A stretch of DNA of 64,000 nt from Amphiscolops sp. MND2022 (lineage: Eukaryota), in the NCBI GenBank assembly GCA_964187785.1, contig OZ076413.1, positions 49,292,001-49,356,000 of the forward strand. Direction: 5' to 3'. This document shows positions 11,061 to 22,880 of the stretch, piece by piece. The translations under genes and the position numbers were made by a program. Within the stretch, counting starts at the first letter, position 1; every line of letters begins with the position of its first letter. The notes beneath the pieces are model-generated. The model was not told the origin of the DNA, searched no databases, and worked only from the letters and a program-made list of their open reading frames with translations.

Positions 11061-14000
11061 ATTGCTGACCTGCGACCAACCAGAATGGACGAAGACTCTG
11101 ACCTTCCGCCTCTCACTCCGGCACCTAAGTCCGGGTTCGCCAGTGGACACGAATCCAACTACGTTTGGAGTGACGCTGACGTATTTGTTTCGGAGGCTGA
11201 GGCTGTGCATCCTGCTTCAGGTTGGTAAAATCTTTCTGACCTTCATGGGTAATTGGACTACACTTTGGTGATCAGCCTTCATAGTCTTACCCGAATATCC
11301 GACCCGTCTGAACCAGATCTTGATTTTCAGTAACTCAACCTGGGAATACTGTTGGTGTTGTCCACGGCACTACTGCGGACGCCGCTCTTCTTCCTGTTGG
11401 TGATCCGACTGTTGCCTGCTCTGTTTCTGGGCCTTCTGCTGGATTGCTTCCTTCGGTTGCTACTATTTTGTGCAAGCCTGCTGCTACTTCATCAACGCCG
11501 CTTGTAGTTGAGCAGCCAGTTGAGCCTCAAGGAAGTGAGGCAGTTCGCCCCGCCCAAGAAAGGGAGCGGAGTGATACAAGTGATGAGGAGACGCAAGAAG
11601 CAAGCGGTAGTAACAAAACTATTGTTCGTGTATTTCTGTCACTGGTCGCTATTACTTATTTTGTGTGTGCCTTTGTTTTAGGTTCACGTACGTTCTCCTT
11701 TCGGCAAAGGAAGGTGAAGTTTGGTACTCCTCCCTTAGCCGGTCAGGATGCTCAGGCCAGTACGCCAAGCTTGCGCGATTTAATCCAGGGAGGGTGGAGC
11801 AGTTGCGAAGATGTACCATTGGCAATTTCTGGAAACTTTTTGTCAGTGTCACCCGAGATTGCGGAATTTGGCCGTCAGTTGATGACTGAGATGAGAGAGT
11901 GGACGCTGCGGAGTATCGAGAGTGATAAGTTGTTGTATCTTTCCTGGTCATCTGTTATGGTGAGTTGTTTGGTTGGTAGTGAAGATCGGTTGTTGTATGG
12001 TTGTTGTAGGGTTCAGTGCAATTGCCGATAGTGTGGAAATTCGACTCGGGCCCGCAACGAAAGAGAAGAAGTACAGCAGTCGTAACCTGTTGCATAGACG
12101 AATGTTGGCACTGAATCCGGTGTATGGGGTGTTCGTTTATGGTTCAACGAGCGGTGATGCGAAGTTCTTTTACTGCCATATTTGTAAACGTGACGTGAAG
12201 ATGGGCTCACACGGAGCTGCAGAGTTTGTGCGTCACTTTGGATCGAAGGGTCACTGGGCACGGGACGTGACTTATCGCGTTCACATGGAGCTCCCTGTTT
12301 ACAATAAATTGATGGAGCCAATGGAACTGTCTGCAGTTCAAGAGGCTGAGTATCATGCCCGACCATTTATCGATTTGGGGCCAGAATTCCCTTTCCCAGA
12401 AGATTTGCTGCCAAAGCATGCAAGAGCTGGTTCGAAAGTGCCCTTCATGACGTTCGTGTCCGGATTTTGTGATCTGCTGCGCAGCGGCGGGGATTTCTCA
12501 TTGCTACAACGTCTGTGGGGGTATTTCTTGGCTTCCCTGGGCAAGCAAGAGCCACTGTTCACTCTGGGGTGGAGCCGCTCAGAGACTATGGTAAGTTTGT
12601 TGGCGTTTCCTGTTTTTTTTTGTTTTTTTTTCTCTGATGCTGTAGTGGTTGTCTTGATAGTAGGTGGTTTGTTTTATTCAATTCTGTGTCAGGGGATTGC
12701 TCCGCGGGTGTTCCGTCAGGTACTAAGTGGTGTGACATCGTTTCGGGAATACAGCCTTCAATACGAGAAGGATGCGTCATTTGAGCGGTGTTTTGTGCTT
12801 TTCTGGGAGGAGGAGCATGTGAAAAAGGTGTGCATTGGGTGTGAACCTCTGGAGCAGCCCATGCCCAAGCCCGAGTTAGTTCCGTTAGCTCGCATTGTGT
12901 GTAGCCTGGAATTGGAGAGGTTGCCTTTGACGCTTCGTGGAGGAAGTCCGTCACTATTGCACGTGCTGGGGGACAGTCTACGGATGGTCGGCGCTTTATT
13001 GTGTACGAGCAGTTTGAACCTGAAGGGTTCCTTCGGTGTGTTCGTCAGGCGCATCAGGACGTCTTCGGAATGGTGAAGGTGAGCACTCTGATGTAATATA
13101 CTGTTCACCGTATGAAGAGCGCATTGTACGAAGAATGGACGGAGAACAGGCCCATTCTACGCAAGAGTGTACGTCAAGGCTTCGTTGATTTCTGTGATCT
13201 TCGGCCGATGTTAACAGACTTGATAGAGCTTTGGCCCTCTATTAGACCTTACATCCGCTGCACTGGAAATTTGGAAGCAAAGGGATCTTCTGACAGAGTG
13301 AAATCTTCCTTTGTTGCATTATTGTCTGTCTGGTTTTTGCATTAAGTCTGTTTGTGTTGTCTATACGTGTTATTTCCGAGTCATAGGGAGAAAGTTTTCC
13401 TTTTATTTCTAGATGCAGGGGACTGATTTTTTGCTGGTTGCCGATAATTTGATTACTTATCGTTTCGGCCTACTCCGGTTTATGGTCGATACATGTGAGT
13501 ATGTTATTGCCTTTATTGATGTGCTCCTGTTTCTTTCTTGATTGCATCTGTTGGATTGATCACCTGTCTTTCGTTTCGTTGATTGTACTTGATTTTTCTT
13601 CTTGTCATTTTCTGCGTAGCGATGAGGTGGTTGATATTGTTTTAGTCCAAATCAACTTTGAGAAGATGAGTCCGGCACGTAAAGACTACGCTTTCCACGG
13701 CTATGGAGAACTTTGTAACTTCATTTATTGCCTGTTATTGAAGACGCGAGTTACAAGCAAGTTGCCTGGCATTATGGAGTGGGAGGAGTACATGGACGTC
13801 CAGAAGCTTAGTAGGTTCCCCGTTGCTCCCATTGACGGGTTCTTCAAGAACTACGAATTTGGAAGATGCTGGCCGCAGGAAAGACGAGCGAGTTCGTGAC
13901 GTTTCGTCAACGGTGCCGCGAGTTCATTGATCGGGTGGTTGTTTTGCTGCTGAAAACCTCGACTGCGACATCAGTGGTTTCAAGGGGGCTGTACAGCTTC

Positions 14001-14897
14001 TGTCCTGCCATGATGTTAGAGGGCGATAATACGATCGCTTTTACTTTTTTTGCCAGTCTGTGTGAAATCTTGGTGGATTGTGGGGCGTTGTTGTCAGATG
14101 AAGCCAAAGCGGCACAGGAGGAGTACACGAGTTTTGTGGTGGAGCAGCGGAGGCTTTATTCTGATTCAGACCGAACGTCCGCGTCTATAACGGATGTCGC
14201 TCAATTCTTGCTCCAGGCCTTCAGTTTCCAAGCACGTCATCGGTTGCTGCGCGTATTTAAATTGTGTTGCCTTGTTGTTGGAGTCCCACGTAGTACGTAT
14301 CCTTCAGTTGTCTTCGATCTGAGTTGCAGTGCGTTAAGTTGGGAGAGATTTCATGACTGCCTGTTGCTTGTTCAGTCTTACGTTTTGAGTGCGGGATACT
14401 CGCATCAGTCGCTGTTCAGTGATCATCCGATGAAGGCAGTTCGTGATGCTGTGTTGAATGCTGGGACATTTTTCGTGGCTGCTGATTTTGACCTGTGGAA
14501 GGAGTTCTGTGGTTCTGAGTTGGATTCTTTCGTGAAAAGACATAGTTCTCTGTATTCTGCTTTTTTGGTTGAAAAGCGTAAATATTTTGACAGTCACTAC
14601 GATGCCTGTAACAAAGCTAATCGTTTGGCACGCGTAGATCGGGAGTCAAAAAGTGCTGCTAGTTCGTCTGTTGGGTCAGAGAGTGAGAAGTTGACAAAAA
14701 CAGCGAGTGTGAAGCGGAGCGGCAATTTCACTGGGGGTTCTGACTGTCCTTCGAAAAAAAAATCTCAGGTGAATCTACTTTCTGCACTGGACGTTGGTTC
14801 TCTGTCTTCTAAGAAGAATAAGAAAAAATCTCAGACGAAGGATGATAAGAAGGATCCTACTGTGGTCCACAGAATTAAGAAGCCTTTAAAGAATTGA
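11061..14897 (+). pseudogene. Spliced, antisense hAT-transposase-like (ZNF862-type) gene inside element C, with frameshifts
   Basis: Zinc finger CHICKRDVKMGSHGAAEFVRHFGSKGH, plus RSETM/SILCQGIAP, LIELWPSIRPY, FRQRCREFIDRVVVLLLKTS..VSRGLYSFCP and LLRVFKLCCLV. GT-AG intron candidates at 10990-11060, 11607-11681, 11960-12009, 12591-12692, 13298-13412 and 13495-13619. Confidence 0.7.
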
Positions 14898-15107
14898 TTG
14901 AAACTGATAAATTTTGTATATATTGTCTTTGTCCTGATTTGTTTTTGCAGCTTGTTACTCAGGGTACGCTCAGTGTCCGTAGTTTTGGTTTTGTAGATTT
15001 AGAAAGTTCCAAAATTTACCGTAGCCATTCCGGTTCGGTTTGGTATGTTGATTTTTCATCTAGTCTTGAGTTGACCGTAAGTCCTCCGTAGTAGCTGGGT
15101 CGAGCAT

Positions 15108-18100
15108 TCAAAAGTCAGGATTCGCATTAGATCTAGGATTTGGTCTCAGGTTGTATCTTCCGATTTTTCTAGGATTATAACGAACGACAATAGGCGGTAG
15201 TTCAGGAGTTTTGGGAGGGCTTTGTATAGGCGGCGGAGTCAAAATATATGGGTTGTCATTGACATCTAAGTTGAACGACGTAACGTTATCGGAGGATGTT
15301 TTATCCCCATCAGTATTTTCACTTGTGGCTGTTTTAGCCACGTCATTTTCCGTTGTAGTTACGTTTTCTTCTTCTTGATCTGTGATTTCTGTTATTGCGG
15401 TTTCTTCATTTGTGTTTTCCGTGGTAATTCCGAACAGAACTTCTCCCTCCGAATTCGGTTTCCCAAGCTTGCGCGTACCAATCATTGTGGGTTGTTTTAA
15501 CCTCTTTGTCTGGAAGGTAATCTTCCCTTCTGACTGTTACGTCAGGTATTCTCCGATTGGACGCATATAGCCTTAGGCGACTTCTATGGAGGGTTTGGGT
15601 ATAGCGGGTTCCCGTGCGGCGTACAACGTAGTTGTTGTTGGACAGTACTTTGACGACGATGTACGGACCAGTCCAGATGCAATCTTTGAAAGCGAATTTC
15701 ATTGACTGGTTGTCAGCTTTCGGATTCAAGACGTAGCAGTAGTCATTCACTTTGAGTGGCGTTGCAGTCGCTTTCTTGTCATAGTATTGTTTGTACTTGA
15801 GATATGACTGCATGAGAGTGTCTTTAGCTGTTTGATGTATGCTTCTGTAGTTGGTCTGTTAGTTCTTCGTTGTTGTTCTTCTCCCATGTGGGCTTCAATC
15901 CAAGCTCTATGTCCAAAGTATTATACGGAATGCGTCCGTGAAACACTGTCGTAGGCTCACAGCCTAAGCTTTCATGGTAGCTTGTGTTGTAGTTCATGAC
16001 TGCGATTTGGACATAATTGTGCCACATCGAGCCGCGTTCTCCTGTTGATATTTTTAGTGCAGTTTTCAAATAGGCATGTGTTCGCTCTAGTATGCCAATC
16101 GTCTGGGCGAGTTTCGTTGAAGCGTGGCTGATTTGTATGTCGAGTGTTTGGGTTATTTGGTGGACTACTTCTGATCTAAACTGTGAACTCTTGTCCGTTG
16201 AAGTGACGGTTAGCAGGTAGCAGTGTCTTGTCATGACTTCAATTATACATCTTACTACTGTCTTTGCTGTCATGTCTTGTGTTGGGTATGCGAAAAGGTA
16301 GCGGGATAAAACGTCCATCATAGTTATGATGTGTTGGTATCCATTTGACATGGGTAGGTTCGGCAGTATATCTACTTCTAAGCAGTCTTCTGGCCCCATG
16401 GTGAAGTCTGTGTTGCTCAACAATTTGGGACGTATCTGTCTCGTGTCAATTCGTCTGTTGGCGATACAGTCTTGGCAGCTTGTTACCCAGGCTCGGATTT
16501 TCCGTGCAAGCCCCGTGAAGTAGTATTTTGCTCTACATTCTTGTATCATCTTTGTGATTCTTGGGTGCTTGTTCGTTTTTCCGTGTAGGGTGGCTAATAG
16601 TTCTGGGACGAGGTGTTTCGGGATTACGACTGGGTTATGCGTTACTGATCCATCTTCGCCATAATATTTTCGCATTAGGATGCCATCTTTCATGATCATT
16701 CGTTCTTCGTGTCTGAGTAGATTTCGTCCTCGGGGTTCAGTTTTGAGGAGATGTTTGTCGTATTCCTCGTGGAGTATCCGCAATTTCAGTGCTTTGAGGA
16801 GAGGATCTGCATCTTGTTCGTTTCTGATCCTAGCGTTTTCTTTGATCGCTCCGAACGCGTAGACTGCGGAGTTGAGTGGTAATTTGATGGTTTTTGTCAC
16901 TTTTGTTGATAGTTCTTTCTCATGTTCAATAAAAGCACGTTGTTTGCTAAGGGCTTTCGTGGCGAAGATTTCTTGTTCAGATTCCTCTTCTTCATCAGGA
17001 AGGAAGAAAAGTTGTTCTTCATCTGTACGTCTGATGATTGCAGGTTGACCTCAATTGGTGACGTTAGGATGTCGTCTCGTAGTTTGAGTTGTACTTTCTC
17101 TTTTGGTGTGAGTTCGAGTCTTGAGAGAAAGTCTGCTGCTGTGTTCTGAGAGCCCGCTACGTGCATCATTTGAAATCTAAACTGAAGTACGTAGTTACAA
17201 GCATTCCATAGTGCGGGTGGTGTAGTTTTCGTCTGGAAAAATCTGGTTACTGATCGGTTGTCTGTTAAGACCAGTGTCGGGATTGTCGTTTCCCATAAGA
17301 TGTGGCTGTATTCGAGGAAAGCGTGGTATAATGCCAGAAATTCTTTGCAGTAAATTGACATCTTTAGTTGTGCTGGTGAGAAGACTCGTGATCCAAACGC
17401 TACTGGTGCGAAAGTTTTCCGTTTGGAAAGTAGTTTTCGTTCATCATTTTCCTCGATCACGAGGGCATAGCCTGATGCACGGAAACTTGCATCCGTCATT
17501 AGAACGTATTGTTTTCCTGCCATGGGTTGTCTGAGTGAAAGTCCGCAGGCTTCCGCTAAGCTGGCGTTGATTTCTTTAAAGTTATCAACGAGGTCTTCTG
17601 AAATCCTGATTTTGGAGTCTCCCTTTAGAAGTTCGTACATACCGATGAGTTTCTCTGACAAGCGGGGTATGTAATTGCGGTAGTAGTTAACAAATCCGAT
17701 ATAATTTTGGACCAGCTTTTTGGACTTTGGGAAGCGGACTTTGGAAAGGAAGTTTTTGATTTTGTGATCTTGCGGAGCTACTCCGTTCGGTGTGATGGTT
17801 CTTCCCAAAAATTTAACCTGAGTTACTCCAAAGTGACATTTTTCGATGGTTAATTTTCGTCCTGCATCTCTGATACATTTGAAAACTGCCCTGATGTTTT
17901 TTATGAGTTGTTCCGCTGTATTCGCGGCAATTCCAATGTCGTCTACATACTATGCACACTGATCTGCTTTAATTATGGAGTCCAAGTATTCCCGCATGAA
18001 GCTCGAAAAGGCTGATAGGGCTCTGCTTAGTCCTTGTGCTAGGCGGCGATAGGCAAACGTTCTACTAGCAAAATTAAAAGCAAGTATTTCTACTGACCTT

Positions 18101-19150
18101 TGGTCTGCCATTTGGAGGCAGTGGTACGCCTGGGAGCAATCCAATTATGGGAAAAGACGTATGTTTCATGATGACAAATGTTTCTTCGAAAGTGTAGTCT
18201 CCAATTTTGAAACGGAGTGTGTACGTGGCTCTTGGTTGTTCAAGTTCAGCATTTGCATATTGAACTTTGAAAGGGGGTGGTGGTTCTTCGTTTATGATGC
18301 ACTGGCTAGCATGTTCCTTGATTTTGGCAGCATCCCTTTCACTAATAGCGTTAATGTACGCACCTGAGTCGACCAAGGCGTCGATTTTGAAGGTGTTGAA
18401 TTCTGCTGATAGGAAGAGCATCCGTTATTTCTTCCTGAGTGCTATAGTTGACATCAACGGGATGTAGTCGTCCTCTTTGTCGTGTTGGATGAATTCCTTG
18501 ATGACATCCAGATCTTCATGTAGCTTTGACGGGCATCCCGTTATCTCTTCGTCTTCACTGGTTGTTGATTTGGTGGTGGAGTTGTGGGGTCAGCTTGTTC
18601 TCGTTGTTCTTTTTCCTGTTGTGCCCATATGGTTTTGTCCTCAACGCAGATGATGTTCTCAGCGTCTATTGGTGTGGACGTGATGGTGACGGGGGCTGTT
18701 GGGGACAGTGTTGTTCTTTTCAGAATTGCGATGGTGGTGATGGTAGGTCCATAATTTCTGTGGATTGAGCCTGGGGGTTTGGGACTTGTATTTTGAAGGA
18801 GAGTTCGTTAGTATCATAGATGGATGGTTGGTTCGTCTCAAGGATCACATCTGTAGTCTCTATCGTAAATGTAGATACGCTCAGTTTTTGATTCTGGCAA
18901 AGTTCGCTTGAGTGTTGCGTAGTTATCTGGTGACTCTGTTATCCATTGGGGTAGTGGTGTCGGATCGTCTGGATGCCTGGCATTGTGTCGGAGTATCATG
19001 CCTACGTTCCAGCGACGTTGCCAGTCCTGAGTTGGTTCTTCGTTACATTCTGTGAAAAAATCTTCTTCGTACCTATTTGGGGGGGTCTTCGATGGTGTAC
19101 GCCCTCGCGTCTACTTTTTCCCCAAAGCGTAGGCGCGGTGACTTCAGTTT
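15108..19150 (-). pseudogene. pol: pol of element C (PR, partly deleted RT, RNase H, integrase with GPY/F)
   Basis: ALVDSGA protease, *YVDD at ~17940, LMTDAS RNase H, H..H..CQDC, EVDIL/TDK/ILERTH integrase core, WTGPY. Several frameshifts and stops. Confidence 0.92.
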
Positions 19151-20549
19151 TTTGCTTGGGACAACGTGGTAGGTACGGGTTGTTCGCCAATCTTGTACGT
19201 TGGGATGGGGAACTCCCGTTTGCGTTTCCTGGGGTCATTTGCCGCATTGGCTCCGTCCCAGCACTTTTCAGTTTTGTGCATTTTCCCACAAGTTTCGCAT
19301 TTGGGTTTAGCTGCGTCTGTTTGTTTGGTTTCTGTGGTACTTGTTTTTGACGCGTAGTACGTTTCTTTACGGAGGCGACGGCATTGTGCTTTGTAATGCC
19401 CGTATTTCTCACAGTGGAAACAGTAACCTCTCTGTTGTTGTTCTTTCTTGTCGTCCGCCACTACTGCGTCCACAGTGGTGAGGGGGACTAGGGTAGTTTC
19501 ATCGGGCGCTCCTAGTTCGTTTAGTCGCATCTCTCGTTCAAGGTGCAAAACAATGTCGTTGTAGGGCTTATCTTCTAAGTAGGCCCTATTGAGGATCTTT
19601 TTTACCTCATTTTCCGCATTTTAGCGTATATGGCTTTGTCAATGAACTTTTGGGCGTCTGAGCCAAACGCTTCTTTTGCGGTTTTTTGTAGCACGTCAAG
19701 AAATTCGTGGAGTTTTTGTTTAGTGGGATCGAAATGCAGCGTATCCCACTCACATCTTGCCTTAGCTGAGGATTGGAAGTCACCGATACGACGTTTGAAG
19801 GCCGTTATGACTTCTTCTAGGTTGTCTTTTTTAGTATCGTCTAGGTTGCAATACGCTTGTAGCGCGTTTCCACGTAGTAGTGAGTGAAAGTAGTTGATTT
19901 TTTGTTTCTCCGTTAGATGGGGATACCTTTTGATGTTGTTTCTAAAAAGGTCTTCGAAAAGTTCAAATTTCTCGGACTTACCGTCAAAAACTGGAAGCCA
20001 AGCGGTGACCGCTTTCGGCATTGGGAGTAGATTGGCAGTTGGGAATGTCTGCGGTTGGGGTGCGAACAGGATCTTGGATGTAGAAGGACGGTCTTTTTGC
20101 TGCTCGCTTGTTATTCGTTTTGGTTTTTTGGTGGGCTGGTTTGTAGAGTCGTTGAGGACTCCTGTCACCATGTTACGACTATTTGCAGGTGTTGTTTTAG
20201 AGTTAGTCGCAGTGTGTATCTTAACGGGAGTGGACGTCCTTTTTGCGGAAACATTTTCAGGTTCATAATCAGAGTCTTGGACGTTCACGTGGACAGTTTG
20301 TTTCTTGTTTGAAGGTGCTATCAGTCTAAGCATTTCCTTTTGATTCTCTGCGAGTCTTTTTGTTAAGTCAGACATGATTTCTTTTCTCAACGAAGTTTCA
20401 ATTTCTTCGAGATTTTCAGGTTCTAGCCTAGCCGACTTACTAGGTCCAGCTATTAGGGGCTCAGGAGGATTATTTTTGGCTAGGGAATCTTCAAAGTCAC
20501 CAGAGACAAGCTCTGCTATAGCCTACCTTTTCTGACTTCTAGTTATCAT
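19144..20549 (-). pseudogene. gag: gag of element C, copy 1
   Basis: LPVFDGKSEKFELFEDLF capsid motif and knuckles CFHCEKYGHYKAQC and CETCGKMHKTEKC. TAG at codon 9 and a frameshift near 19605. Confidence 0.9.
20158..20170 (-). promoter_or_regulatory. Duplicated primer-binding site of element C
   Basis: TGGTGACAGGAGT directly after the partial LTR copy 20171-20744. Confidence 0.75.
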
Positions 20550-21475
20550 TTTAGTTGAGAGAGAGAGAGTATCTTTGGAAAGATTGAATTCTTCAAAGAT
20601 TTAAGTTCTCTTTCGAACACGTAACGATAACGGAACAGAACTAATTTTTACAAAACGGATTACAAAACTCAATGAATTACATGTATGTTTTACATATTTA
20701 TACCTTCCCAGCATCATTTGTTCCTCACCTAAAAACTCACAAACTTCTTCCTGAGTGCTATAGCTGACATCAACGGGATGTAGTCGTCCTCTTTGTCGTG
20801 TTGGATGAATTCCTTGATGACATCCAGATCTTCGTGTAGCTTTGACGGGCATCCCGTTATCTCGTCGTCTTCACTGGTTGTTGCTGGAGTGGACGAATGA
20901 TTTGGTGGTGGAGTTGTGGGGTCAGCTTGTTCTTGTTGTTCTTTTTCCTGTTGTGCCCATATGGTTTTGTCCTCAACGCAGATGATGTTCTCAGCGTCTA
21001 TTGGTGTGGACGTGATGGTGACGGGGGCTGTTGGGGACAGTGTTGTTCTTTTCAGAATTGCGATGGTGGTGATGGTAGGTCCATAATTTCTGTGGATTGA
21101 GCCTGGGGGTTTGGGACTTGTATTTTGAAGGAGAGTTCGTCAGTATCATAGATGGATGGTTGGTTCGTCTCAAGGATCACATCTGTAGTCTCTATCGTAA
21201 ATGTAGATACGCTCAGTTTTTGATTCTGGCAAAGTTCGCTTGAGTGTTGCGTAGTTATCTGGTGACTCTGTTATCCATTGGGGTAGTGGTGTCGGATCGT
21301 CTGGATGCCTGGCATTGTGTCGGAGTATCATGCCTACGTTCCAGCGACGTTGCCAGTCCTGAGTTGGTTCTTCGTTACATTCTGTGAAAAAATCTTCTTC
21401 GTACCTATTTGGGGGGGTCTTCGATGGTGTACGCCCTCGCGTCTACTTTTTCCCCAAAGCGTAGGCGCGGCGACT

Positions 21476-22880
21476 TCAGTTTTTTGCTTGGGACAACGTG
21501 GTAGGTACGGGTTGTTCGCCAATCTTGTACGTTGGGATGGGGAACTCACGTTTGCGTTTCCTGGGGTCATTTGCCGCATTGGCTCCGTCCCAGCACTTTT
21601 CAGTTTTGTGCATTTTCCCACAAGTTTCGCATTTGGGTTTAGCTGCGTCTGTTTGTTTGGTGTCTGTGGTACTTGTTTTTGACGCGTAGTACGTTTCTTT
21701 GCGGAGGCGACGGCATTGTGCTTTGTAATGCCCGTATTTCTCACAGTGGAAACAGTAACCTCTCTGTTGTTGTTCTTTCTTGTCGTCCGCCACTACTGCG
21801 TCCACAGTGGTGAGGGGGACTAGGGTAGTTTCATCGGGCGCTCCTAGTCCGTTTAGTCGCATCTCTCGTTCAAGGTGCAAAACAATGTCGTTGTAGGGCT
21901 TATCTTCTAAGTAGGCCCTATTGAGGATCTTTTTTACCTCATTTTCCGCATTTTAGCGTATATGGCTTTGTCAATGAACTTTTGGGCGTCTGAGCCAAAC
22001 GTTCTTTTGCAGTTTTTTGTAGCACGTCAAGAAATTCGTGGAGTTTTTGTTTAGTGGGATCGAAATGCAGCGTATCCCACTCACATCTTGCCTTAGCTGA
22101 GGATTGGAAGTCACCGATACGACGTTTGAAGGCCGTTATGACTTCTTCTAGGTTGTCTTTTTTAGTATCGTCTAGGTTGCAATACGCTTGTAGCGCGTTT
22201 CCACGTAGTAGTGAGTGAAAGTAGTTGATTTTTTGTTTCTCCGTTAGATGGGGATACCTTTTGATGTTGTTTCTAAAGAGGTCTTCGAAAAGTTCAAATT
22301 TCTCGGACTTACCGTCAAAAACTGGAAGCCAAGCGGTGAGCGCTTTCGGCATTGGGAGTAGATTGGCAGTTGGGAATGTCTGCGGTTGGGGTGCGAACAG
22401 GATCTTGGATGTAGAAGGACGGTCTTTTTGCTGCTCGCTTGTTATTCGTTTTGGTTTTTTGGTGGGCTGGTTTGTAGAGTCGTTGAGGACTCCTGTCACC
22501 ATGTTACGACTATTTGCAGGTGTTGTTTTAGAGTTAGTCGCAGTGTGTATCTTAACGGGAGTGGACGTCCTTTTTGCGGAAACATTTTCAGGTTCATAAT
22601 CAGAGTCTTGGACGTTCACGTGGACAGTTTGTTTCTTGTTTGAAGGTGCTATCAGTCTAAGCATTTCCTTTTGATTCTCTGCGAGTCTTTTTGTTAAGTC
22701 AGACATGATTTCTTTTCTCAACGAAGTTTCAATTTCTTCGAGATTTTCAGGTTCTAGCCTAGCCGACTTACTAGGTCCAGCTATTAGGGGCTCAGGAGGA
22801 TTATTTTTGGCTAGGGAATCTTCAAAGTCACCAGAGACAAGCTCTGCTATAGCCTACCTTTTCTGACTTCTAGTTATCAT
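21476..22880 (-). pseudogene. gag: gag of element C, copy 2 (ATG inside the 5' LTR)
   Basis: Same motifs as copy 1. ATG at 22880 lies 379 nt inside the LTR and the frame reads through the LTR end and PBS. Confidence 0.9.
22489..22501 (-). promoter_or_regulatory. Primer-binding site of element C (tRNA-Leu-like)
   Basis: TGGTGACAGGAGT directly after the 5' LTR. It resembles the complement of a tRNA-Leu 3' end (TGGTGTCAGGAGT, recalled from memory). Confidence 0.75.

Noticed and set aside
9634..17952. TAA/TAG reassignment to Gln (many in-frame TAR at Gln-plausible sites; several ORFs end in TGA)
   Set aside because: Host exons and thousands of element B codons use only CAA/CAG for Gln. TAR also replaces Lys, Glu and probably Tyr elsewhere. 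The stop density at 10862-11340 is about what non-coding sequence gives. Ordinary decay explains it.
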